Assembly: GCA_964016885.1 (NCBI GenBank)
Contig: OZ024742.1
Location: 350,858,001-350,922,000 of the forward strand
Direction: 5' to 3'
Source: Eledone cirrhosa
Taxonomy: Eukaryota
Length of the DNA: 64,000 nt
Shown: one piece after another, positions 10,303 to 25,683 of the stretch
Position numbering within the stretch: position 1 is the first letter of the stretch
How the letters are laid out: the number at the start of each line of letters is the position of its first letter
Notes under the pieces: generated by a model
What the model saw: only the letters and a program-made list of their open reading frames with translations
Databases searched by the model: none
What the model was told of the DNA's origin: nothing
Translations under genes and position numbers: made by a program

Positions 10303-12379
10303 GGAAGATGGACATTGTTTAGTGTACCGAACTTGCATGCTACACCGTTCATCCAATTTTTATGAAACCTCACACATATATAAAACTCAACGCGTAGAGT
10401 GGAATAGGCTACTTAAAATTTTCGAAAAATCGATAATCGGGCCCTATGACAGAATGCTTTTCGATTCCAATAAAATTTTATGTGAATTCGAACACAAGAA
10501 CTCTTAGTTTACATCTGGCGCAATAAAAATAAATTTCATATGCCCATATAAGGACGTGCGTTATTGATTGGACGGCCAGCTGCATGTCTTCCCAGCTGTC
10601 TCAGTAAACGACCGATCATTAAAGAGCTTATCTTTTCATATTCCACCTTATTCAAGTGGAAATACAGTATTATCCCTATCTGAAAAGGGAACCAAATTTA
10701 ATGGTGTCTTTTGTGATGCTAAAAGCTGTGAGTAAATTTGCAAACAGTCTTAAATAATCATGCTTTTTGAATGTACACATACAAAGTTGTAAAAAATGCT
10801 ACGTCGTACCAATGTTTTCCTTTTTTAAACAAAAGATTCTAAAAAATTACTTAATTTATAATACAGTCTGTTTCAGGCGCTGTATAGACGCCTATTGTGT
10901 CACACCTTGGTCATGAATTCGTATTCTTTTCCAATAGATATTTTCCGCTCTATAAGGCTCAGCAGGATATAAGGTGTATCATTTAAAATCAGGTCCGCGC
11001 AACGGCGTGTAAGGCCAACCAGGAAAATGCTATCTTCTTTACATTTAGTCTAGATCTATTACTTCTGTAAGAGCCGTGATTGATTACCATGGTATCATTT
11101 ATACATAAGGCTCACCGGAGTATAAAGCGCAGAGCTGTTTTTTATTAAATTTAATTATTTTAAGTGCAATTTATAGACGGGAAAATTCGGTAAGCTATTG
11201 TAATCATATTTCCAAACCTTCCCATTCACCAGTAACCTGCTAACGAATCTGGTGTCATCTCTCTCTGTATTTAATCACCTCTCTCTAACCTAACAGCTTG
11301 GTTACACGTTGCTATGCCCACACGGAAACGTTCAGGACTTACCTCCAAAAAAGGTACAGCTATTGCTTTGAGACAACGAATTAGGCGTTCTCAGGTATGA
11401 GTTCATTCACAATTGATTAATCCTTTATGCAATATTCTCCCTTAATGTTAGCAAGTACTGCGTGTATCCTAACTTACACCACTTTTAAGCAACTACAACA
11501 TTCTAACCGTAGTTATATTAAATTTATTGTCTTACCTTGATTCCCTTTTGTTCATGTTAGACTTTTCTCATTTACGATTGACACTGCCATTGGCTTAGCT
11601 AACCAGTAGAATTAATTAATTTTCTCTAGGAAACACTTGCTGAGCGCGAATCTCGACTCGCTGATAGACGTCTTTCCCGGCTGGTTGAGTCACCAACATC
11701 ACGTACGACAAGGCTTGCTGATGTTCGCCTTCGTCGCCAACAAGTGCTGACGGAGGAATCACCAAAATCCCGACAGACGAGGCTTGAGGCTGTGGCAAAG
11801 GGCAATAACCCTAGATACAATTTTGATCAACTTTTTTTTCACCTATAGCAAATTTACCGGGACATGTTTTTAGCTACTCAAATCTACTTCAGAGATCACG
11901 CATTGATGTAAAACATCAATAAAACTGAAGCGGGGCTCGACTTTGCGCAAAAAAACAAGGCAAAGTTGCACATGGGAACACTTTTTACAGGAACGTCCTA
12001 TATTCTTGAAAACTGTCACAAAAGACTCGCCATTATGCCGCGGTTAAGATAAAGGCCCTTTTAATTCTTCTTCTGCACATGTGAGCGCAAAAATTGTAAA
12101 AAAAAAAAACCCCTGAAAGTAATTGACATTTTCACCCTGCTTTAAATTAACTGAGCATTCAATATCAAGCGATTTTGACTTCCGTCAGTCGTGCAGAGAA
12201 CAATTTCAACGATACACGGTGTAACTACAATTAATAAATTACACGCCTGTGTCTACTAACCTGTTTTTTTTCATTGAATTTCGAAGTTTTGAACCTGTGA
12301 TGCGCGGGAAGTAACTTTCACACATTCTAACAGACCAAAGGTCGACTTACACCCGGGCAACGCCGGGTACTTCTGCTAA
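10298..12379 (+). mobile_element. Non-autonomous Helitron, copy 1
   Basis: 3' hairpin acccgggcaacgccgggt followed by CTAA|T; 5' end within (TA)n; no TIRs. Closely related copy at 59051-61497; carries STPR-like exons. Confidence 0.75.
11314..11848 (+). CDS. Putative two-exon mini-ORF (11314-11394 and 11630-11848, ~99 aa) resembling a Helitron N-terminal STPR-like repeat region
   Basis: MPTRKRSGLTSKKGTAIALRQRIRRSQ, donor CAG|gtatga, acceptor tttctctag|, then ETLAERESRL...ESPTSRTTRL...ESPKSRQTRL. Phase-0 intron, conserved in copy 2. Confidence 0.55.
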
Positions 12380-13246
12380 TATATATATATACACATGTAT
12401 TGCACCAAGACAAATAAAACGCGGGTGTGAAGAGATTATGAATTTATTTGTGCTGACATATGTTTCTCTGTATGTTAGAGATTCTCTACAAATGTTGTCT
12501 ACAATATATATTGTTCAATCATAAGCAAGACTTGATTATTTATTACACTTCATCAGAAAGCCTATAGTAGTGAAATTCAACTGATCACCAGGATGTAGAA
12601 TTCAATGAGATTTTCGTTTAAGAAAAGGTAAAAAGTTAAAAATAGCCTGAAATAGAGACGGCTAGTGTTATAGTAGATATGATAGGGATTGGGAGTAAAT
12701 AATGTCACACTATCAATCTGTGTGCTGTGATGTTGAACAATTATTCTTTGACCATTGGTATAAGTGAGGGTGTTGATGTTTACCATGTATGGGGTTATAG
12801 AAGGTATAATTCCATATAATAGCCAGGTGGTGCTATTAAGTTAGACATGGCCTGGGCCAATACTGGCCAAAACCTATCAAAGTTATCAAAGTTATACTGG
12901 TTGATGAAGTGTAATAAAAAACTAAGTATCGCATATGATTGAACAATATATATTGTAGTCAGTGTATGTAGTCAATTTATAATACATACATAAACATATG
13001 TCAAAGCAAATAAGTTCAAAATCTCTTCACACCGACGTTATATTTTTCTTGGCGAAATACTTGCTTATAGTAATATACTCCGTTATCCCCTCTGGGCCTA
13101 TATACCACATTCCCGCCTGGATATTTATGCGATTCAAAGTATACCGTTGATTCAAATTTGTTGGTAAGCAACTTTATTCTTTAAAAATTCATTCCAGATT
13201 TACATAAACAAAATCTTATATATCTTCGCATATATATCTATATCTA

Positions 13247-13321
<75 letters not shown>

Positions 13322-13931
13322 GTTTGTATATGTATAATAAAGCCAAAACAATGCAGGTATGGACATAGAATAAAGAATGCAAATGCAAAAGATGTTGTTG
13401 ACAATTAGTCTTTTACCTTAGATTTATTTAAATGTCCTTAATTTTCGAGATAATATATCTTCTTCGGAGGGAAGTAAAGCGGTTAAACCAGTGTTCTAAA
13501 TAGCTTGCCAAGTCATGCTGACAGGAAATGGTATAGAGTATCTGTTCTATCTCTAATGTCAAAGAGTTAAGATTAGGTGGATAAAGAGTAGTCTCCCTTT
13601 AAATTTTGTTTTGTTTGCTTTTGTACATGCCTGTTTAAGTGTGTGGGAGAATGCATGAAGGTGTAAGTATGTGAGTGTGTGTGTGTGAGTGTGAGAAGAT
13701 ATGTCTATACGTAAATGTGCAGAGCAGCGTATGATAGAATATTCTATTCTCTCTCTCTATATATATATATATATCTTATTAGGTTTGGTGCTCTGAAGTA
13801 GCGATGTATACATGAATGTACGTATTGTATATTTGGCTATACGCCGTATGTTTATTTATATTATATATAATATAGAAATGGCTTCTACAGGACTAGAACT
13901 GTTTCATGCGGGAGAAATCATCAGGAAGCCG

Positions 13932-13991
<60 letters not shown>

Positions 13992-14957
13992 TATATATGT
14001 TGTGTGTGTATTGGTATTTTGAATAATATAGAGGATGTTTATGAAAATAATTTGAGAGTCTTTCTTTATGAATTGGTAAGGTTATAACCAACGTCACACA
14101 CCTAACCTCATCAAAATGAAGGGGATGTAATCGGCAACGACTTGTTTCTCACACGTTGTCGTTTATCAAGACTACACATCTTACTTCCGCTGATGTTAAA
14201 ATAAATAAGAATATTCTAGAATGTTTGCTTTTGTATATGAACTGATGAAGCTCAAATGCATACAGAGCGGGAGTTGGCTACGTTTAAAGTAAAAGAAAAT
14301 TGTATTGTTGCTGCAATATAGTGTTATAGGAACCAAATGTGTTACATGTTTAACGCTATGTCGCAGCACCTACGGAATGTTTATCATTTTATAAGTAAAA
14401 CTTTACAGTCATTATATATACTGAACTTCTGCAAAAGAATACGTTTTTCTAATATTTTCTTTAATACCTTCTGTATTTATATATTTGAGATAAAATTTAA
14501 AAATATTATGAAATATTTAGAAACTGTTAACATGTCTCATTAAATCTGAGCACATTAGAGACAGGGTAAAGTCCGGGTGACCAATAATGTTTATACTTCG
14601 TTTTTGTATTTGTTTTGCAAGATCTTTTATATGAAAACATCTGTTGAAACAAATATTGTTATACTTTGGGAGGGTCATGCTGCAAATAAAAACACACGCA
14701 CCTGTGAAAAATTATTTAAAATTCAATTTATTATGAATTCAATTTATTATAAATTTCCGTTCGGTTGATTTTTTCGCTAACCGGATGGATGGTTGTTTAT
14801 ATATGTCAAATATCTTTCGTCACATATCCTGTGATCTCCCCAGTGCAGTCACTGGGTTGAATATTTTGTATCTCTATTTTGTTCTGTCCTACACCATCTT
14901 GATTTTGTGTGTTGTGTTCTTGGCTTGCACACACACACACACACACACATATATATT

Positions 14958-15023
<66 letters not shown>

Positions 15024-15074
15024 CATAAACCTCACACACACACACACACACACACACATACATATATATATATA

Positions 15075-15195
<121 letters not shown>

Positions 15196-16147
15196 TTATG
15201 ATTTCAGGTGTATATGTGTCTGTGTGTCAGTTTTATTTTCTCCTGTTGTATTCACATCTTTGAGCATTGGGTTGTTAAATCATTCTTATTAATTATTCAA
15301 GTTGGCTTGTCTTCATTTGAAACGGTGCTGCTATATATGAGTTGGTTATTGATAACATTATTAGATTCACTGAAGTGAAAATATTTAACAAATGATACGA
15401 GAAGTTTTTTCTTGGTTTATTTTTCTCAAAGAGGTCTAATAAATATTTCACATGAATTTTGCATTTATTTTATACAAAGGAAAATTTACGCTAAACACAA
15501 ATTAAAAATGTTATTCAAACATCTATAGTATGTTGTATTTTATGGAAATTTAGTTTCAGAATTTAAATGCTAAAATGAACAGAATTGTCGGCTTTAGCAT
15601 TCATTATTAATGATTTTATTTATATGCACATATTTCGATGCAGTGGAGATAGATATGTGTAAAGCTTTGTTTATAGCAATATATAAATAAAAAATACATC
15701 AATAGAAACATACAGTTCACGTGACACATATTTACTGAGTAAATCGTAGTTAACAGTTAAAGAATTATTAAATGGCCGATGTCGATATTATCAGTTAAAA
15801 CATCATTGCTAGGATAACATGCTATGTACTGCAAAATGTGGAAACAACAAGCAGCATGATTATTGCAGTCAGAAGATGAGCCTGAAACGAATTTTAAACG
15901 TTATCGATCCATTCAAAACACGAAATGATATTAATGAATTATGTAATATCGTTTATAAAACGTTTTACATTCCGAAAGCGTTGTTTCACATATATAGCAG
16001 TTTAGACAATACATCTCGTTGTATATTCAAACACCCACCCACATACACACACAGACACACATACACGCATACACGCACACATACACACGCACACACACAC
16101 ACACACACACACGCACACACACACATACACACACGCACGCACACACA

Positions 16148-16265
<118 letters not shown>

Positions 16266-17102
16266 TACACACACACATATAAATAAAATAAAAATGGCGT
16301 AAACATTACAATACAATACAATAGGAGGGAACATGATAATAGTACCACTGATGATGTTGCAACGAAAGAAGTTTGTTATATTATATATATATATTTATAT
16401 CTGTATTTAATCATTGATTGCCAAATAAATTAAGTATGGAGATATAAAAGATGCAGAAGCGAAAACCAACCAAACAGTGAGTGTGTTATGTTATCATTTC
16501 TGGCAATATTATTACAACATGACCTTCCGCAAGTATAACAATATGTATGACCATACCCGAGTATAACAAACATGACCCTCTCCAAGTATAACAATAATGT
16601 ATATTACGACAATGTGACTATCAAAACAAACCTATCTGTATCAGATATTAACGAATTCGGGTAAAGCGCTACATTTGTTGCTTAAATCATTTAAACTTTG
16701 GAAGTTTGATCTTGCAGAAGATATTAACATGCAATGGGTAAGAACAGTCGTCTATTTCAGTGTTGGTTGTCTGACGAATCGCATTGATTTATAGTCTATA
16801 TTAGACAGACTAGTTGATGAGATTAGTCTACAATTGAGAGAGAGAAGGGGATGAGGAAGGGGAGAAAAGTCAGGTGGATATCGATATATATATATATATA
16901 CACAAACATATATCTATCTATATAGATATATAGATACTATTATACTTATACAGACACACACATCTATATATATATGCACATGCGCACATGTATATACACA
17001 CACAGAAACCTATATATATATATATATAAATGCACACATATATATATACACAGACACACATATATATACACATTCACACATATATACACACACGTAGACG
17101 CA

Positions 17103-17179
<77 letters not shown>

Positions 17180-17987
17180 TATTTACCCGCCTTAGAATAT
17201 ATATATATATATACAATGAGTGTATATGTGTGTATATGTGTGATATATGTGTGTGTATATATGTGTGAATGAGAGTATATATGTGTGCATGTGTGTATAT
17301 AAGTGTGCATGTATATATATATAGGTGTGTGTGTATGTATATATATATAGGTGTGTGTGCATGTATACACATAGACACACACATAAATATATATATATAT
17401 AGAGAGAGAGAGGGGGAGAGAGAGTCATACAAACAGAGAAACAGAGAGAGGGGTGGAGAGAGAAAGAGAGGTGTGTGATTGAGTTGGTTTTGAAGGATGA
17501 GCGTGGGATTCCAAGGCAAAGGATTGTAAGACATATGAGATTATATAGAGAAGATAGGAGGCCAGAGTCTCATGTTGTGAGTTGAAGTGTGAGGGAGGGA
17601 ATAGTGTCATAGGAGAAAAGTAGTTGAGGTAAAATGAGACGTGAGACCAACCTTCAGAGCTTCATAGAAACTGAAGTTTTAGACAATCACGCACAGACGG
17701 AATCGTAAATATAGAATTAATTGGAGCGAAATAGACGGAGAGAGGGAGAGAGAGAGATAGATAGAGAAATAAAGAAAGGAGAGCGTAGTCTCTGTATCTA
17801 CATATGGAAAAAGACATATATACATATGTGCGTATGTGTGTAATAAATGACGGATACGTTATTTGAAAGACTTTACAATGTGGTAGAAAATATGAAGAAC
17901 AAATGATGGTAAATGAATCAAAACAAAGTAAAATAATATTTTACTCAGTGTACATTTGCGACACATCTCACAATGATTCGTATTAAC

Positions 17988-18023
<36 letters not shown>

Positions 18024-19125
18024 ATTAATACGAATCATTGTGAGTTGTGTGGTAAATGTATACTGGGTAAAATATTATTTTACTTTGTTTTGTTTCATTT
18101 ACCATCATTTGTCCTTCGTATTTTCTACCACATTGTAACGTCTTTCAAATAATGTATCCGTTATTTATTACACACATACGCAAACACAGACACACATATA
18201 CACACATATATGTGTATATGTGTGTGTATGTGTGTATATGTGCGTGTATATGTGTATACACACACATATATTATCTTTTCTATTTCTTCGATTGATTAAA
18301 CTGCGGTCATTCTGGAGCACAGGCGTATGTATATATAATAAGTTATATTGCAAACTACTTTGATAACATTCATTAAGTATCATTTCTTATATCGATCATA
18401 GTTCTTAATGTTTAGTGTGGAACAGATGCATTCCTAAATCCCTTTGTATATTAAGAATGGTGGGACTGAATCGTGGGATTGGCGGATAATCATGGTGTGT
18501 GTGTGTGACAGCTCACACCTATGCAGGTTTAGCTACCTCCTCCAAGTTATATCTCGTTGGAGGTGCCTTGGGTGATTTAATGATAGGGACCCCAGTCCTA
18601 TCATCTCATTTCCGCAGCTAAGTAATCTGGAGCAACGTTAAATAAAGTGTCTTCCGACAGGAAACAACACATCACCTGGTCCGAGAATTGAACTCACAAC
18701 CTTTCGAATGCAAGCCCAATGCTCTAAAAACTAAGCCATGCGCCTGGACACCTTAATAAATATTTCCCCACGTTGGAAACAGAACAGTTATGATAATTGT
18801 TTTTTTTTCGTAGGGTTCTATCTATGTATGTAAAAACGAAAACAAAAGACAAACTTAACATAACCTATCTCACTAGAACACAATCGTATTTTCAATATGA
18901 CGCGACCCTTGCCATTCTGAGTTCAAATATCGGCCAGGTTACCCTTGCCTTTCATCTTTACGGGGTCCATAAAATAAAGTACCAGTAATGCACTGGGATA
19001 GTTGCTGGCCTTGTGCCAAAAGTAGAAATAATTATTTGTAATATGGCATCTGTAATTTCAAATTTCCCCACGTGCAACTTTTAGGGTTAAATCTTCTAAA
19101 ATGGAAGAACCTTCTGCGGAGTGAT

Positions 19126-19171
<46 letters not shown>

Positions 19172-19197
19172 TGTGTCAATGTGTCTGTGTGTCTGTG

Positions 19198-19246
<49 letters not shown>

Positions 19247-19422
19247 TTACACAAAGTTTGATGACAAAGTGTTTCTTCTTGATTTGTTTTGAATTAAGTA
19301 TTGTATTACATTTTTCCATCATCTTACATTAAATATTTTTTCATCTTAATGGTAAAGTCACTCATACACCTGAATTATTGTAAGCATTTTGCTTACATTA
19401 ATTTTATTTTCATTTCCCTCTC

Positions 19423-20000
<578 letters not shown>

Positions 20001-20070
20001 TGTTTGTTCTATGTGTGTGTGTGTTTTCATTTTGTCCTTAATTGTAAGTTGTGATGTTGCTGTTCCACTC

Positions 20071-20155
<85 letters not shown>

Positions 20156-20171
20156 TTGTCTGTGAGTTTGC

Positions 20172-20206
<35 letters not shown>

Positions 20207-20234
20207 AAGAATGTAAAAAAGGTAATTTATTCCA

Positions 20235-20499
<265 letters not shown>

Positions 20500-21010
20500 T
20501 AGGACGGAAATATATTTAAATATCATTTTTAAGGAACTCTACATCTCTTTCAAAATAAATACATCAATAAAAGAAATGATTTTCTTCCCCAATAAAGCCA
20601 TCTTTGTGAGGGTATGTGTAAGGTGTTAAGGTGCTGAGCTAGAGTGCATCATGGTAGCTGTCAAGATTGGCAGGAAGGTAGACAAACTGTATCATAACTA
20701 TGTTATTCTGCCTGTTGTTAGCTTTTGCCATGTTCCTCAATTTAATATTCCCTCTCGTCCATCTCTCTCTCTCTTCCTATTTATATAGCTATATCTATCT
20801 ATGTAGCTATATAGGACAAGTTTCAGGACCCCGGCGGCAGAGCTCAAACCGTTTCGACGGTTATTTCTGGTCCAGAAATAGCAGTCGAAACGGCTAGAGC
20901 TCTGCCGTCGGTGCTGAACCATTTCCTATTACCCACTCTACGACCCAAAGTATCGACTACTCTGGTGCGTTATGGTCCACCTGGTTCCTTACGACACTTC
21001 CTTCGTTATG

Positions 21011-21049
<39 letters not shown>

Positions 21050-21246
21050 AAAATTAAATTAAGGTTGTCATGTCTGAGAGACAAAGTAGATTAATCATTT
21101 TTAAAAGGTATCTATATTTGAACTTCTAGTTAAACTTTAATTAGTTACCTACCTAGCTATGTGTGCTTACACACTTTACAAATTATTCCCTGAGATTGTT
21201 TCATGTGTTTATTATATATATATATATGTGTCAATCTATTTCTAGT

Positions 21247-21300
<54 letters not shown>

Positions 21301-21387
21301 ATATATATATTTATTTAAATAACAGATTAAAGTTTAAGCAAAGATATATATTTATCTTTATCGAGCCCTCTTTGGATTTATTATTAT

Positions 21388-21454
<67 letters not shown>

Positions 21455-21460
<6 letters not shown>

Positions 21461-21672
21461 TAATAAAATAACAGGAGGCTGGACTTGTGTAAATCCTTGA
21501 AAGGTTTATTATACTATGATCATTTTAATGACCGAGTTCCGTATGAATCCGGTGATATTATCAGGTATTCGAAATATAATAAATGAATGTAACAGATAAA
21601 ATCCATGGGACTGAAAATCATAGACCCGAGGATGACCGACCATCTAGCATCTGCCACTTTAGCCGGTCGCCC
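21455..21672 (-). mobile_element. Short PLE-like remnant with degenerate HHR (21511-21568); second copy at 35775-35995 (+)
   Basis: atac-CTGATAA or CTGATGC...AAAA or GAAA-tgatca-TA-gtat-AATAAA. The two copies carry different mutations, giving consensus CTGATGA/GAAA. Confidence 0.65.
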
Positions 21673-22921
21673 TATATATATATATATATCTTAAGAAGGA
21701 GGAGGTACAGAAAGTGTAAGAAATGATGAGGGAGGAAGAATGAAAAGGTTGATGTGGAAGATGGTTTCTATTGTGATAAACAATTGACCTAGCCACAGCC
21801 TAAGCACCATACAATAGAGCCACATCCAATTTACAAGCTGCAGCTTTGTTTCATCGATCGTCATATATATGTTGCATGTTCCGTTATTCCATTCCTGCCG
21901 TCTGATCCTAACCGAGATTCTGAAACATTTTAAACGTTAAGACTACATACACCTGCCGCACTGCATTAGCGATTATACAGAGAAGAAACATGTGTATATA
22001 ATACAGCGTGACAGAGATGTGTATATAATACAGCCTGACAGAGATGGCTTACTGATTAGTCGTGATTCATTACACTTTAGATCGCCTTCACATACACATC
22101 ACTATATAAACATACACACCAATACAGACATATAAACACATGTATAAATAGTTAAACATATATTTATATGTATAATTGCACACAACCATATATAATGTAT
22201 ACGTGCATGTGTTTGTGTGTGTATATACATAAATGTATGGTCCATTACATAGGTAGGTAGTTAATGGCGTGTATATATATATTATATATTACATGGTCAG
22301 CAAAAGAATGATAGACAGTACGTATGTTAAGGAGATTTATACAGAACGTTAGAAGGAAAAGTACAAGTAGAATTTATGGATTAAATAGCTTGTCCTTTCA
22401 TGGTTGGGGGTATTTATGATTGTTAGTCACACCTGATACAGGTGATACAGGTGTTGTGCAATTCATACTATTCCAATAAATCTTAAGTGTGTAAGTGAAG
22501 TGAAAGTTAATTCACACTTGAGTGCATACAACTTTATCTTCAAAGGACACAAACGTAAAAGTTACTGCATACACATACACGTACTAACAGGTATTAGATA
22601 AAAGCAGAGAGGCAATCACATACCGAGTCTCATGTATATTTAATGTATATATGGGATTAGTGTAGAAGTATATATATATATTAGATACTAATAATGTTAA
22701 TAGCTCGTCACAATATACTCACTTCACTTACTGATAAGGCAAGTCACTTTTGACAGTCTAAGTTAGAATTGATGGCTAGCCTAAAACATTCTAAGTGATA
22801 TTATTGTTTCTCTATGAATTACTGCAATGGATATAAAGTATGTTAAAAGCGAAAACTTTATTTCCATGCCATTATAACAACGGTCGTTATAAGTATAATC
22901 TTGATTTAGAAAAAAATGAAC

Positions 22922-23586
22922 ACAATATATATAGACAATATATATAGACAATATATATAGACATATATATATAGACATATATATATAGACATATATATAG
23001 ACAATATATATAGACATATATATAGACAACTTATATAGACAATATATATAGACATATATATATAGACATATATATAGACAATATATATAGACAATATATA
23101 TAGACAATATATATAGAAGTATATATATATATATAGACATATATATATATATAGACATATATATATATATAGACATATATATATATATATATAGACAATA
23201 TATATAGACATATATATATATATATATATAGACATTATATATAGACCATATATATACACAATATATATATATACAATATATATAGACATATATATAGACA
23301 ATATATAGACAATATATATACACAATATATATAGACAATATATATATAGACAATATATATAGACAATATATATAGACATATATATATATAGACAATATAT
23401 ATAGACATATATATATATATATAGGCATATATATAGACACTATATATAGACGTATATATATATTGACATAAATATAGACAATATATATAGACATATATAT
23501 ATAGACATATATATAGACAATATATATAGACATATATATATAGGCAATAGTTAGACACTATATATATAGACATATATATATAGACA
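22922..23586. repeat. (TA)n-GAC(A) minisatellite, left part
   Basis: Repeated atatatatagac(a) units; continues at 25684-26285 after the PLE. Confidence 0.95.
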
Positions 23587-25683
23587 TTGTTATACTTGGG
23601 GAGGGTCATATTTGTGTAATATTGTCAGAATTAATAACAGAACACACTCACTGTTTGGTTGGTTTTCGCTTCTCGCTTCTGCGTCTTTTATATCGGTAAT
23701 CTAATTTATTCGGTCCTCAATGTTGCTATTGACTGACCGGCGCTCAAAAATAATACAGATACAATATAGACACAAACACATATATATAGTTTATCAAAGT
23801 TCTTTCGTTGCACATCTGCAACATCGTCAGTGGTGCTATTGTTTCCTCCCGTTACATTGTATGTCTAAGCCATTTTTATTTAGTCTGCCTATATATTTAT
23901 TTATTTATTTGTTTGTTTGTTTATTTTATTTTGTCTTCTTTGCGCATGCATGTGCGTGTGTGTATAGTGTTTTGTTTGATGTGTGTTCGTGATTGGGTGA
24001 CTGTGTATCGGTTAAGGTATTCTATCTTTACTAGTGTGTGTTTATATGTGTTTGTTGTTATTGTGCTTGTGTATGTACTTATTTATTTATTTATCTATTT
24101 ATTTATTTATTTATACTTCTCTTAGGTCAGTGTTGTTTGTTTGGGTGTTGTTGTTATTCCATTCATTCTTTCTGTTTAGTCTTGGCTTTCTAAGTTCTGT
24201 TTCACTGGCCTCTCTGATTTTCCTATCTGCTGGGTCATTTCTATGTTTAGATATTATTCTAATTTCTATATTGTCTATGTTACCGTCGTGTTGTTGTCTG
24301 GCATGTTTGTATAGTACTGACCCGTTTTTTCGTCCTTTTAGTTCCCCCCAGTGTTGGTCTATCCTTTCACCTATGCTACGAGCTGTCTCACCTATGTATG
24401 TTGTTGTCATGTTTCTGAAAGTACCCTCTGTACATCTTATGCTATAGACTACGTTTCTAGTTTTACAGTTTATCCGGGGGTTTACCTTACATATGATACA
24501 TTTCCTATTAGTACAGTGGGTTTTATTAAAAGGGTAGGTTTTGCAGATCAGGGATTTTATGGGGGTTCCTGGCTTTTCTACCACCTTAATCTTTAAGTGG
24601 GTCTTTCTCAGGGCCTTTCTACACTGGTTAGCTAATTTCCCTCCAGGGGTTGCATCCACAAACCTGACACTCTGGTATCTCTTGTTGTCGTACCATGAGG
24701 TGGCTTTCCCTATCTTATGTCTAGCGCTATCTAAGCTATTCCATGATTTTCTCCTGTGTAATGGGCAAATTCCTTTCATGTCCAATTCTATGAGGGTCTT
24801 ATACTTCTCCATGGCTCCTTCGTATACTCTGACTCTGTCTCTTTGGTTGTAGCCAGAGAACTGCATGCGGTTGATGAAGTGTTGGATGTGTCTTTCCATT
24901 TCTGTTGGGTCGCACATGCGGGACACATTCTTCATCACTCGTACCAAATCTACGATCAGAATATTAAACTTAGCACTACTGGACATTGCTGAGTTTTTGA
25001 GTATCAGGTATTTGGAGGCCATGGGTTTAGCATAGTGTGAGTGGAGAATTTGAGCTCTCTCGTCTATAGTGTTAATCCAGAGTTCCGTGTCTAATACAGG
25101 TAGTCTGTTGTTAGGGTGTTTGGAAGGGAAGTCGATAGTTACAGTTATACTCTGGTGTATGGAATTAGCTATCTGCTGGATGATTTCCATTGTGCTACGT
25201 TCTAAATCAAACTTGTTACTGCTCTCTAGTGGGGATGTTCTTATAACTATATTGATATCGTCTACGTAACGAGAGTACATGATGAGGTCTATGGAGCTCT
25301 CATTAAGGAGATCTTTAAGTCTCCTTTCCCACCATACCATGAAAAGGTTGGCAACATCACCAGCTATGCTGACGCCAATGGCTGCTCCCTCATTTTGGGT
25401 GTAGATCTTCTCGTTGAACTTGAAAATGTGGCCCTTTAGGGTAGTTTTGATACTAGACCCTATTCCATGTGCGACCATTTATCTTACCTGATCATTGTTT
25501 TGGGGGGTCCGTATAGTTTTTTGTCCACCCAATCCATCTTCCCATGGGAGTCTTTTTTGCCATTGAGGTTATGGTGGGGGGTCTACCTCTTATGGGTCTA
25601 CTAGGGAAGAAACGTGACCCTCCCCAAGTATAACAATATTTGTTTCGACACACGATTTCATATAAAAAAAAATCGCAAAACTA
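23587..25683 (-). mobile_element. 5'-truncated Penelope-like element with short inverted end piece (25616-25683, +)
   Basis: RT/GIY-YIG ORF, 3' pLTR at 23587-24110 with HHR-like core at ~23792-23835. Same family as 53152-58101. Confidence 0.92.
24111..25478 (-). CDS. PLE polyprotein C-terminal part: reverse transcriptase (motifs B-C, thumb) plus GIY-YIG endonuclease
   Basis: YTQNEGAAIGVSIAGDVANLFM, RYVDD, LPVLD, Cys-rich linker CTNRKCIIC, NVVYSIRC..YIGETARSIGERIDQH, RKIREA..PRLN. Confidence 0.92.
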   Translation of the reverse strand: MVAHGIGSSIKTTLKGHIFKFNEKIYTQNEGAAIGVSIAGDVANLFMVWWERRLKDLLNESSIDLIMYSRYVDDINIVIRTSPLESSNKFDLERSTMEIIQQIANSIHQSITVTIDFPSKHPNNRLPVLDTELWINTIDERAQILHSHYAKPMASKYLILKNSAMSSSAKFNILIVDLVRVMKNVSRMCDPTEMERHIQHFINRMQFSGYNQRDRVRVYEGAMEKYKTLIELDMKGICPLHRRKSWNSLDSARHKIGKATSWYDNKRYQSVRFVDATPGGKLANQCRKALRKTHLKIKVVEKPGTPIKSLICKTYPFNKTHCTNRKCIICKVNPRINCKTRNVVYSIRCTEGTFRNMTTTYIGETARSIGERIDQHWGELKGRKNGSVLYKHARQQHDGNIDNIEIRIISKHRNDPADRKIREASETELRKPRLNRKNEWNNNNTQTNNTDLREV

